A DNA stretch of 60,137 nucleotides from Mustelus asterias. Taxonomy: Eukaryota. Of the stretch, positions 1-10,619 are shown piece after piece. Within the stretch, counting starts at the first letter, position 1. The number at the start of each line of letters is the position of its first letter. The stretch is from contig NW_027590591.1 of assembly GCF_964213995.1 (NCBI RefSeq), positions 186,001 through 246,137 of the forward strand. Direction: 5' to 3'. The position numbers and the translations under genes were made by a program. A model generated the notes under the pieces. It saw nothing but the letters and a program-made list of their open reading frames with translations. It searched no databases and was not told where the DNA came from.

Positions 1-672
1 CTGTGCAGAGGGACCTGGGTGTCCTTGTGCAGGAATCTCAAGGAGTTGGTTTGCAGGTGCAGCAGGGAATTAAGAAGGCAAATGGAATTTTGTCCTTCAT
101 TGCTAGAGAGATGGAGTTTAAAAACAGCGAGGTTATGTTGCAGCTGTATAAGGTGCTGGTGAGGCCACACCTGGAGTACTGTGTACAGTTTTGGTCTCCT
201 TACTTGAGAAAGGATATACTGGCACTGGAGGTGGTGCAGAGGAGATTCACTAGGTTGATTCCGGAGTTGAGAGAGTTGGCTTATGAGAAGAGACTGAGTA
301 GACAGGGGCTATACTCATTGGAATTCAGAAGAATGAGGAGAGATCTTAGAAACATATAAGATTATGAAGGGAATAGATAAGATAGAAGTAGGGAAGTTGT
401 TTCCACTGGTGGGTGAAACTAGAACTAGGGGCCATGGCCTCAAAATAAGGGGAAGCGGATTTAGGACTGAGTTGAGGAGGAACTTCTTCACACAAAGGGC
501 TGTGAATCTGTGGAATTCTCTGCCCAGTGAAGCAGTTGAGGCTACCTCATTGAATGTTTTTAAGGCAAGGATAGATAGATTTTTGAACAGTAAAGGAATT
601 AAGGGTTATGGTGAGCGGGCGGGTAAGTGGAGCTGAGTCCACGAAAAGATCAGCCATGATCTTATTGAATGG
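1..672 (+). mobile_element. CR1 LINE 3' fragment (tail continues at ~1903-2404)
   Basis: RT C-terminal motifs LYKVLVRPHLEYCVQFWSP, TRGH and FFTQRAVNLWNSLP; frameshifted. Confidence 0.9.
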
Positions 673-1902
673 TTAGGGAAAAAATCGGACCTCTCAGGGA
701 CAAAAGTGGGGACTTATGCTTGGAGCCCAAAGAGGTAGGGGAGATCCTAAATGAATACTTTGCGTCGGTATTCACTAAGGAGAGGGATGTGTTGACTAGG
801 AGTGTCTCGGAGGGGAGTGTTGAACCGTTGGAGAAAATCTCCATTACAAAGGAGGAAGTGTTAGGTTTGTTAGAGAATATAAAGACTGACAAATCCCCAG
901 GGCCTGATGGAATCTATCCAAGGCTGCTCAGGGAGACGAGAGGTGAAATCGTTGGGCCTCTGACGCAAATCTTTGTCTCGTCACTGGACACAGGTGAGGT
1001 CCCAGAGGATTGGAGGATAGCCAATGTGGTCCCGTTATTTAAGAAGGGTAGGAAGGATAACCCGGGTAATTATAGGCCGGTGAGCTTGACGTCCGTGGTG
1101 GGGAAGTTGTTGGAGAAGATTCTTAGAGATAGGATGTATGCGCATTTAGAAAGGAATAAACTCATTAACGATAGTCAACATGGTTTTGTGAGAGGGAGGT
1201 CATGCCTCACTAACCTGGTGGTGTTTTTTGAAGGGTCGTGGGGGCCTGGAATGTGTTGCCGGGCAAGGTGGTGGAGGCGGACACACTGGGAACGTTTAAG
1301 ACTTATCTAGACAGCTATATGAACGGAGTGGGAATGGAGGGATACAAAAGAGTGGTCTAGTTTGGACCAGGGAGCGGCGCGGGCTAATTGTTCCTGGTTT
1401 CTCGTTTCAAGGCTTCATTCTATGATCATCTTGCTGGTGCCAGTACAGAGTGAGACTGCGGATAGTTGGGAACCTGTCTCGGGGGCAGGGAATTCATATG
1501 GTGTTCGTGGAAGTGGAAATGACTAGGGTTGGGAAGCATTTTCCGATCGGGGCCATTGTGATCTCCTGGACTCGTTTCGATCGCCTCAGGGGGTCGGAGA
1601 GGAATTTCCCAGATTTTTTTTCCCCATATTGGCCCTGGGGTTTTTCACTCTGGGTTTTCGCCTCTCCCTGGAGATCACATGGTCTGGAATGGGGGGGTGG
1701 GGGTAAGTTAATAGGTTGTAATGAACAAAGCATCGTAGCTGTGAGGGACAGCTCAGTGGATAGGATATTGGTATGTAGATAGGCTGGAAAATTGGGCGGG
1801 GATCCTGGATTCAGGATTCAATCCTGGACCGGGGAGCGGCGCGGGCTTGGAGGGCCGAAGGGCCTGTTCCTGTGCTGTATTGTTCTTTGTTCTTTGTTCT
1901 TT
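673..1902 (+). mobile_element. CR1 LINE, internally deleted, nested in the 3'UTR of the preceding CR1
   Basis: KSPGPDGIYPR and NYRPVSLTS motifs; jumps to the 3' end at ~1230; (TTCTTTG)n tail. Confidence 0.85.
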
Positions 1903-2372
1903 GGTGGAGCAGGCTCGAGGGGCCAGATGGCGGAGCAGGCTCGAGGGGGCAGATGGCGGAGCAGGCTCGAGGGGGCAGATGGCGGAGCAGGCTCGAGGGG
2001 GCAGGTGGTGGAGCAGGCTTGAGGGGGCAGATGGCGGGCAGGCTCAAGTGGGCAGATGGCGGAGCAGGCTCGAGGGGCCAGGTGGTGGAGCAGGCTCGAG
2101 GGGCCAGGTGGTGGAGCAGGCTCGAGGGGGCAGATGGCGGAGCAGGCTCGAGGGGGCAGGTGGTGGAGCAGGCTCGAGGGGCCAGGTGGTGGAGCAGGCT
2201 CGAGGGGCCAGGTGGTGGAGCAGGCTCGAGGGGGCAGGTGGCGGAGCAGGCTCGAGGGGGCAGGTGGTGGAGCAGGCTCGAGGGGCCAGATGGCAGAGCA
2301 GGCTCGAGGGGGCAGGTGGCAGAGCAGGCTCGAGGGGGCAGATGGCGGAGCAGGCTCGAGGGGGCAGATGGC
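1903..2372 (+). repeat. 26-bp tandem repeat from the CR1 3'UTR
   Basis: Unit GGCGGAGCAGGCTCGAGGGGGCAGAT, about 18 copies. Confidence 0.9.
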
Positions 2373-2561
2373 CGACTCCCGCTCCGAGTTGTTATGTTCC
2401 TATGAGTAGGGGCAGAAGGTTTTTTTATGTTTAGTTGGGGCAGCATGATTGGCGCAGGCTTGGAGGGGCCGAAGGGCCTGTTCCTGTGCTGTACTTTTCT
2501 TTGTTCTTTGTCCCTAGCTGGGAAAGAGTGAAGATAAATGACCATAATCTACAACTCTAAG

Positions 2562-2890
2562 GGGAGGTGATGGCCTAGTGGTATTATCGCTAGACTATTA
2601 ATCCAGAAACTCAGCTCACGTTCTGGGGACCCGAGTTCGAATCCCGCCACGGCAGATGGTGGAATTTGAATTGAATAAATATATTTGGAATTAAGAATCT
2701 ACTGATGACCATGAAACCATTGTCGATTATCGGAAAACCCATCTGGTTCACTAATGTCCTTTAGGGAAGGAAATCTGCTGTCCTTACCCGGTCTGGCCTA
2801 CATGTGACTCCAGAGCCACAGCAATGTGGCTGACTGTCCAAGGACAATTAGGGGTGGGCAATAAATGCTGGCCCAGCCAGTGACACCCGT
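2562..2890 (+). mobile_element. tRNA-derived SINE (SacSINE1/DeuSINE-like)
   Basis: A-box TGGCCTAGTGG and B-box GTTCGAATCC; the same family recurs at ~37230, ~46605-46922 and ~52480/55887. Confidence 0.7.
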
Positions 2891-2896
2891 GTCAAA

Positions 2897-3216
2897 GAAT
2901 CATAGAATCCAACACTGCAGCAGGAGGCCATTCAGCCCATCGAGTCTGCCCCAACCACAATCCCACCCAGGCCACATCCCCACAACCCCATGTATTTACC
3001 CTGCTAATCTCCCTGACACTAAGGGGCAATTTAGCACGGCCAATCCACCTAAACTGCACATTTTGGAGTGTGGGAGGAAACCAGAGCACCCGGAGGAAAC
3101 CCACGCAGACACGAGGAGAATGTGCAAACTCCACACAGACTGTGACCCGAGCCGGGAATCGAACCCGGATCCCTGGAGCTGTGAGGCAGCAGTGCGAAAC
3201 ACTGTGCCACCGTGCT
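2897..3216 (-). mobile_element. HE1-type SINE
   Basis: tRNA head, core GTGGGTTTCCTCCGGGTGCTC and CR1-like tail. Confidence 0.88.
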
Positions 3217-3609
3217 GCCTCTTATGTCATCGTGCCGCCCCTTGTGCCACTTTGCTTCCCCTCGTGTGCCACGAATGAATAAAAAAACTCTGCATCAATT
3301 GGCTTTAGAAATGGCAAAATGCTCAGCTGGAATTGTGTTCTGTTTGGAAGCAGTCTGTGTCCAAGACCCGGATACTATTCAGGCCTGCGGCTGATGAATG
3401 ATAAGTAACATCTGTGCCACCCACCTGCCAGGCACTGACAATCCCTTCAGGCAGGAGAGGGCCCGGGCTGGATGTTTGTGGAGAAGTCCATCATGTTCGT
3501 GCGTGGCTCGTGGAGTGCCACGCTCTGAATGGCACTAAATCACAACCAGCTGCTTTATGCAGACTAATAGGCAGCCCTCTCCCACAAAGCAAGATCCCAC
3601 ATGTCATTG

Positions 3610-3707
3610 CACCCCTCCCCAAACCTCACACCCCTCCCCAAACCTCACACCCCTCCCCAAACCTCACACCCCTCCCCAAACCTCACACCCCTCCCCAAAC
3701 CTCACAC
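3610..3707 (+). repeat. 20-bp tandem repeat
   Basis: CACCCCTCCCCAAACCTCAC, about 5 copies. Confidence 0.85.
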
Positions 3708-3783
3708 TGAGACTGCTGTGTCCAACCCAAGCATCGTCAAGTGAACAACGTTTAGGAATTCCCAACTGGGCATCGATACCAAC

Positions 3784-3836
3784 CTTCCGTCCTGTTTCAG
3801 GTTCCAGCGGCTGCCCGTCACCCTGCTGCTCAACCC
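3784..3836 (-). CDS. SIT1/TRAT1-like adaptor, cytoplasmic exon (gene continues beyond window start)
   Basis: Acceptor ccattgtctctcctcAG, donor GTTGGT, 53 bp, phase 1-0. Encodes (G)VEQQGDGQPLEPETGRK. Confidence 0.65.
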
Positions 3837-4159
3837 CTGAGGAGAGACAATGGGTGAATCTGAGTGAGCAAGTCAGGGGCTGTGTTCACTGTGATTTCAC
3901 AGGGATCAAGGTGGTTTAAAAATGGCGCAGCCAGCAGAGCGATGGATGGGTAATAACGGTACAGGGAGCGATGGATTAGTGTGGAATAGCAGCTGTGAAT
4001 ACTGGGAGATTGAAGATTGGATGAGAGTTTCTGTGTGAGTGAGTGGGAATGTGAGTGTGTGTATATATGAGTGAGTGTGTGTGAGAGTGAGTGTGTGAGA
4101 GTGAGTGTGTGAGAGTGAGTGTGTGAGAGTCCTGTAAGGTTGAAGGGTAAGTGTGGCAA

Positions 4160-6166
4160 GTTTCCAGAACCTTGGATAACAAGAGATATTGTGAGCCTAG
4201 TCAAAGAGAAAAAGGAAGCATTTGTCAAGTCTAGGAGGCTGGGAACACATAAGCAAACGTGAATACAAGGAAAGTAGAAAGAAATTTAAGCAAAGAGTAA
4301 GAAGGGCTAAAAGGACTCACGAAAAATAATTGGCCAGCAGGATTAAGGAAAATCCCAACGCTTTTTATACATATATAAAGAGCAAGAGTGTAGCCAGTTT
4401 CACCCACTCAAGGTCAGGGGAGGGAATCTAAGTGTGGAGCTAGAGGAAATGGGTGAGGTATTAAGTGGGTACTTTGCATCAGTATTCACCAAAGAGAAGG
4501 ACTTGGTGGATGATGAGTCTGGGAAAGGATGTGTAGTTAGTTTGAGTCATGTTGAGATCAAAAAGGAGGTGGCATTGGGGTTCTTGAGAAACATTAAGGT
4601 AGACAAGTCCCCAGGGCCTGATGGGATATACCCCAGAATACTGAGAGAGGCAAGGGAGGAAATTGCTGGGGCCTTGAGAGAAATCTTTGTATCCTCACTG
4701 GCTACAGGGGAGGTCCCAGAGGATTGGAGAATAGCCAATGTTGTTCCTTTGTTTAAGAAGGGTAGCAAAAATAATCCAGGTAATTACAGGCCGGTGAGCC
4801 TTACATCAGTGATAGGGAAATTATTGGAGAGGATTCTTCGAGACAGGATTTATTCCCACTTGGAAATAAGTGGACGTATGAGTGAGAGGCAACAATGGTT
4901 TTGTGAAGGGGAGGTCGTGTCTCACGAACTTGATTGAGATTTTCGAGGAAGTGACGAAGATGATTGATGAGGGTAGGGCAGTGGATGTTGTCTACATGGA
5001 CTTCAGTAAGGCCTTTGACAAGGTCCCTCATGGCAGACTGGTGCAGAAGGTGAAGTCGCACGGGATCAGAGGTGAGCTGGCAAGATGGATACAGAACTGG
5101 CTCGGTCATAGAAGACAGAGGGTGGCAGTGGAAGGGTGCGTTTCTGAATGGAGGGCTGTGATAAGTGAAGTTCCTCAGGGATCAGTGTTGGGACTTTTGC
5201 TGTTTGTAATATATACAAATGATTTGGAGGAAAATGTAACTGGATTGATTAGCAAGTTTGCGGATGACATAACGGTTGGTGGATTTGCGGATAGCAATGA
5301 GGACCATCAGAGGATGCAGCAGGATATAGATCAGTTGGAGACTTGGGCGGAGAGTTGGCAGATGGAGTTTAATCTGGACAAATGTGAGGTAATGCATTTT
5401 GGAAGGTCTAATACAGACAGGAAATATACAGCAAATGGCAGAACCCTTAAGAGTATTGATAGGCAGAGGGATCTGGGTGTACAGGTACACAGGTCACTGA
5501 AAGTGGCAATGCAGGTGGAGAAAGTAGTCAAGAAGGCATACGGCATGCTTGCCTTCATCGGCCGGGGCATTGAGTTTAAAAATTGGCAAGTCATGTTGCA
5601 GCTTTATAGAACCTTAGTCAAGTCGCACTTGGGATATAGTGTTCAATTCTGGTCGCCACACTACCAGAAGGATGTGGAGGCTTTGGAGAGGGTTGGATTT
5701 ACCAGGATGTTGCCTGGTAAGGAGGGCATTAGCTATGAGGAGAGGTTGGAGAAACATGGTTTGTTCTCACTGGAACGATGAAGGTTAAGGGGCGACCTGA
5801 TAGAAGTCTATAAGATTATGAGAGGCATGGACAGAGTGGATCGTCAGAAGCTTTTTCCCAGGGTGGAAGAGTCAATTACTAGGGGGCAGAGGTTTAAGGT
5901 GCGAGGGGTAAGGTTTAAAGGAGATGTACGAGGCAGATTTTTTACACAGAGGGTGGTGGGTGCCTGGAACTCGCTGCCGGGGGAGGGAGTGGAAACGGAT
6001 ACGATCGTGAATTTTAAGGGGCATCTGGACAAGTACATGAATAGGATGGGAATGGAAGGATATGGTTCTCGGAAGGGTAGGAGGTTTTAGTTCAGTCGGG
6101 CAGCGTGGTCGGTGCAGGCTTGGAGGGCCGAAGGGCCTGTTCCTGTGCTATAATTTTCTTTGTTCT
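4160..6166 (+). mobile_element. CR1 LINE, 5'-truncated, disrupted ORF2
   Basis: RT motifs [16 protein letters not shown] and KFADD; frameshifts and stops; 3' tail. Confidence 0.92.
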
Positions 6167-6469
6167 TCGTGTGTGTGTGTTTCTGTGTGTGTGTGATTGT
6201 GAGTGTGTGTGCGTGTGTGTGCGTCAGTGTATGTGTGACAGTGTGTGTGTGTCAGTGTGCGTCAGTATATATGTGTGTGAGTGCACGTGCGTGCGTGTTA
6301 TACAAACAAATCTACCGTGTCTTTGTCCAGGAAACATTAGATCGATTTAAATGGAATTAGTGGTGGTGTTGGATTAGTTATGGGATCAGCAGCCTGTGGG
6401 GCCAGTGCATCTCTCGCTCAGCACCGAGGTGTGACACTACAGGTGTGAATAGGAAGCGAAACCACTCAC

Positions 6470-6537
6470 CAGTGTAAATGTAGTTGATATTTCCATAAAC
6501 AGGACTGTCCTCCACTTCTTTTGATCGGAAACTAAAG
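6470..6537 (-). CDS. SIT1/TRAT1-like adaptor, YGN-motif exon
   Basis: Acceptor ttcactctgtcacAG, donor GTGAGT, 68 bp, phase 2-1. Encodes (S)FSFRSKEVEDSPVYGNINYIYT, compared with SIT1 VEEVPLYGNLHYLQTG. Confidence 0.85.
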
Positions 6538-6698
6538 CTGTGACAGAGTGAACGAGGTTAGATGGACAAGACCGCCAGCCAGTCAGACGGAAACGAATCA
6601 GTCTCACAAATCTGAGACAGACACACTACATCGAGCCAATTCACGTGAGACACAAAGCACACCTGGAGTGGGGGAGGAGTCTAGGATAAGGGGGACTG

Positions 6699-7320
6699 AA
6701 ACATAGAAACTAGAAGCAGGAGGAGGCCATTCGGCCCTTCCAGCTGCTCCGCCATTCATTTTGATCATGGCTGATCATCGAATTCAATATCCTGATCCCC
6801 CTCCTTCCCCCCCATATCCCTCGATCCCTTTCGCCCCAAGAGCGATATCTAATTTCTTCTTGAAATCACACAACGTTTTGGCCTCAGCTACTTTCTGTGG
6901 GAGTGAATTCCACACATTCACCACCCTCTGGGTGAAGAAATTTCTCCTCACCTCAGTTCTAAAAGGTTTCCCCCTTATCCTCAAACTGTGACCCCTCGTT
7001 CTGGACTCCCCCATCATCCGGAACATTCTTTCTGAATCTACCCTGTCTAACCCTGTTAGAATTTTATAAGTTTCTATGAGATCCCCTCTCACTCTTCTAA
7101 ACTCCAGTGAATATAATCCTAACCCACTTAGTCTCTCCTCATATGACAGACCTGCCATCCCAGGAATCAGCCTGGTAAACCTTCGCTGCGCTCCCTCTAT
7201 ATCAAGGACATCCTTCCTCAGATAAGGACATCAAAACTGCACACAATACTCCAGGTGTGGCCTCACCAACGCCCTATACAATTGCAGCAAAACATTCCTA
7301 TCCCTATACTCAAATCCTCC
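6699..7320 (-). mobile_element. CR1 3' fragment
   Basis: ORF 6784-7158 encodes the RT C-terminus; tail microsatellite. Confidence 0.88.
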
Positions 7321-7334
7321 AAAGGGTTTGGGAG

Positions 7335-7855
7335 TCTGGAATTCTGATCCACAAATGGCAATCAATGGCAGGTTTGCCAGTCTATCACCAGGAATGGGCG
7401 GCTTGTCCTATGAGGAGAGGTTGGAGAGGCCCGGCTTGTATCCACTGGAGTTTGGAAGAGAGAGGCAACTCGGTTGGACCATAGAAGATTGACAGGGTGG
7501 ATGTGGAGAGGATGTTTCCTCTTTTGGGGGAACCTGGAACTAGGGAGGGACATTGTTTAAAAATAAGAGGGAGGTTAGGGGAATTGTTCTCTCTGGGAGG
7601 GTCTCTGGAACTCTTCCTCAGAGGGCAGTGTGGAGGCAGAGCCTGGGAATATTTTTTAAGGCGGAGGTGAACAGATTCTGGATTAACGGGGGGGGGGGGG
7701 GTGGGTGGGTGGGTGGGCGGGGAGAGGTGATCGAGGGGTCAGCGGGAATGTGAAGTTGATGTGACAATCAGATCAAGCTGTGATCTTATCGAATGGGAAG
7801 CAGAGCTCAAGGGGCCGAGTGGCCTTCTCCTGCCCCTAATTCGGATCTACGCATG
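7335..7855 (+). mobile_element. Degenerate CR1 3' fragment
   Basis: YEERL-like and 3'UTR motifs, highly diverged. Confidence 0.65.
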
Positions 7856-7965
7856 GGTCAATGATTAATTTTAACACCGTGAGATTGTTATACATTGAGG
7901 TTGTTAATGGATGAAAACAAAATCTAATTGATATCAAATGCTGCAAGTTGGTCAGGGAATGCCCC

Positions 7966-9232
7966 AGTCTCTCCCTCAATGTCAGCAAAATGAAGGAGAT
8001 TGTCATCGACTTCAGGAAGCTTCGTGGAGAACATGCCCCTGTCTACATCAACGGGGCCGAAGTGGAATCGTCGAGAGCTTCAAGTTTTTAGGTGTCCAGA
8101 TCACCAACAACCTGTCCTGGTCCCCCCACGCTGACACTATAGTTAAGAAAGCCCCACCAACGCCTCTACTTTCTCAGGAGACTAAGGAAATTTGCCATGT
8201 CAGCTACAACTCTCACCAACTTTTACAGATGCACCATAGAAAACATTCTTTCTGGTTGTATCACAGCTTGGTCTGGGCTCCTGCTCTGCCCAAGACCGCA
8301 AGGAACTACAAAAGGTCGTGAATGAAGCCCTGTCCATCACGCAAACCAGCCTCCCATCCATTGACTCTGTCTACACTTCCCGCTGCCTCGGAAAAGCAGC
8401 CAGCATAATCAAGGACCCCCCCACGCACCCTGGATATTTTCTCATCCACCTTCATCCGTCAGGAAAAAGATACAAAAGTCTGAGGTCACATACCAACTGA
8501 CTCAAGAACAGCTTCTTCCCTGCTGCCATCAGACTTTTGAATGGACCGACCTCGCATTAAGTTGATCTTTCTCTACACCCTAGCTATGACTGTAACACTA
8601 CATTCTGCACTCTCTCCTTTATTAAACTAGAAAGAGTGCAGAAAAGATTTACTAGGATGCTACCGGGACTTGATGGATTGAGTTATAAGGAGAGGTTGAA
8701 TAGACTGGGACTTTTTTCCCTGGAGCGTAGGAGGCTGAGGGGTGATCTTACAGAGGTCTATAAAATAATGAGGGGCATAGATCAGCTAGATAGTCAATAT
8801 CTTTTCCCAAAGGTAGGGGAGTCTAAAACTAGAGGGCATAGGTTTAAGGTGAGAGGGGAGAGATACAAAAGTGTCCAGAGGGGCAATTTTTTCACACAGA
8901 GGGTGGTGAGTGTCTGGAACGAGCTGCCAGAGGCAGTAGTAGAGACGGGTACAATTTTGTCTTTTAAAAAGCGTTTAGATAGTTACATGAATAAGATGGG
9001 TATAGAGGGATATGGGCCAAATGCGGGCAATTAGGACTAGCTTAGTGGTTAAAATAAGGGGTGGCATGGACGAGTTGGGCCGAAGGGCCTATTTCCATGC
9101 TGTAAACCTCTGACTCTATGACATCCTTCTCCCCTATGTACTCTATGAACGGTATGCTTTGTCTGTATAGTGCGCAAGAAACAATACATTTCACTGTATC
9201 ACAATACATGCGACAATAATAAATCCAATCAA
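7966..9232 (+). mobile_element. Rex1/Babar-like LINE 3' end, interrupted by a CR1 fragment (8621-9122)
   Basis: FKFLGVQITNNLSW and KNSFFPAAIRLLN motifs; the 3'UTR resumes at ~9125 after the CR1 insert (ORF 8636-9034). Confidence 0.75.
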
Positions 9233-9252
9233 AAAGTTGTTTTCAAGCTTAC

Positions 9253-9289
9253 CTTCTCCGGAATCGAGGTAGGAACTTTGAGGAATGGT
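9253..9289 (-). CDS. SIT1/TRAT1-like adaptor, juxtamembrane micro-exon
   Basis: Acceptor tcctccctctcccacccAG, donor GTAAGC, 37 bp, phase 1-2. Encodes (D)HSSKFLPRFRR; phases bridge the flanking exons exactly. Confidence 0.8.
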
Positions 9290-9480
9290 CTGGGTGGGAG
9301 AGGGAGGACAATGAAATTCATGTTACTGATCGATCACAGACCCCAGGTGGACAGACTATTGCAATCACTGCCAAATCAACCCATTCTGGCTTCAAGTTAT
9401 GAAGCATTTCTTACCAACAGTGTTTGTATTTGTATCAGTGATAGTGTGACAGAACTGCCATATACACCTGCTCCGAGACT

Positions 9481-9740
9481 CATAGAAACATCAAAACCAC
9501 AAGCAGGAGGAGGCCATTCGGCCCTTCCAGCTGCTCCCCCATTCATTTTGATCACGGCTGATCATCAAATTCAATATCCTGATTCCCTTCCCCCCCATAT
9601 CCCTCGATCCCTTTAGCCCCAAGAGCGATATCTAATTTCTTCCTGAAATTACACAACGTTTTGGCCTCAGCTACTTTCTGTGGGAGTGAATTCCACACAT
9701 TCACCACCCTCTGGGTGAAGAAATTTCTCCTCACCTCAAT
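9481..9740 (-). mobile_element. CR1 3' fragment
   Basis: Near-identical to 6699-6955. Confidence 0.85.
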
Positions 9741-9850
9741 CTAATAGGTTTACCCAAAACCATTTCTCGACTAATGCTGATTTCATTCAGTTCCTCAATG
9801 AAACTTGTTTCTCTCGGAACTTCAGGCACATTATTCATGTCTTCCTTTGC

Positions 9851-10165
9851 AGTGGCACAGTGGGTTAGTACTGCTGCCTCACAGTGCCAGGGAGCCGGGC
9901 TCGATTCCAGCCTCGGGTCACTGCCTGTGTGGAGTCTGCACGTTCTCCCTGTGTCGGCGTGGGTTTCCTCCGGGTGCTCCAGTTTTCTCCCACAGTCCGA
10001 AAGATGTGCAGGTCGGGTGGATTGGCCATGCTAAATTGTCCCTTAGTTTCCAAAGATGACTCGCGAGGGTAAATACATGGGTTACAGGTATAGGGCTTGG
10101 GTGGGATTGTTGTTGTGCAGGTTCGATGGGTCGAATGGCCACCTCCTGCCCTGCAGCGATTCTGC
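9851..10165 (+). mobile_element. HE1-type SINE
   Basis: Head GTGGCACAGTGG, B-box, conserved core. Confidence 0.85.
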
Positions 10166-10619
10166 TATTCACTGATTGAATCAGAGTACGAATTTAGTTC
10201 CTCAGCCATATCCCCCGTTTTCTAACTGGAAGCTCCAACTGAGGTTCCTTCCCACGACCCAGGGTGCGCACCCTCGCTCACAATTGGCTTGGCTTCTCGC
10301 GCTCCCTCACCGTAGGGTCTGGCCTGATCATATGGCCCTGGGGAATTGCCCCCTTAAAGGGCCATGCCACCACAGCTATGCGGCTGTTATTCTGACACTG
10401 ATCATCGACGGGAGACAGCTTCACAACCTCCCCCTACATCACAGTTTGTTATCAAAGGGCAGATGGTGGCACACTGATAATGTCACTGGGCTAGGAATGT
10501 GCACTCCAGGCTGCATCCTGGGAACGGAGTCAGGTTTAACTCTCAGCTGGTGGAATTTAAATTCAATTCATAAGATCTGGAATTGAACACTGGTCTCAGT
10601 GACGGAGAGGCTACCTGCT

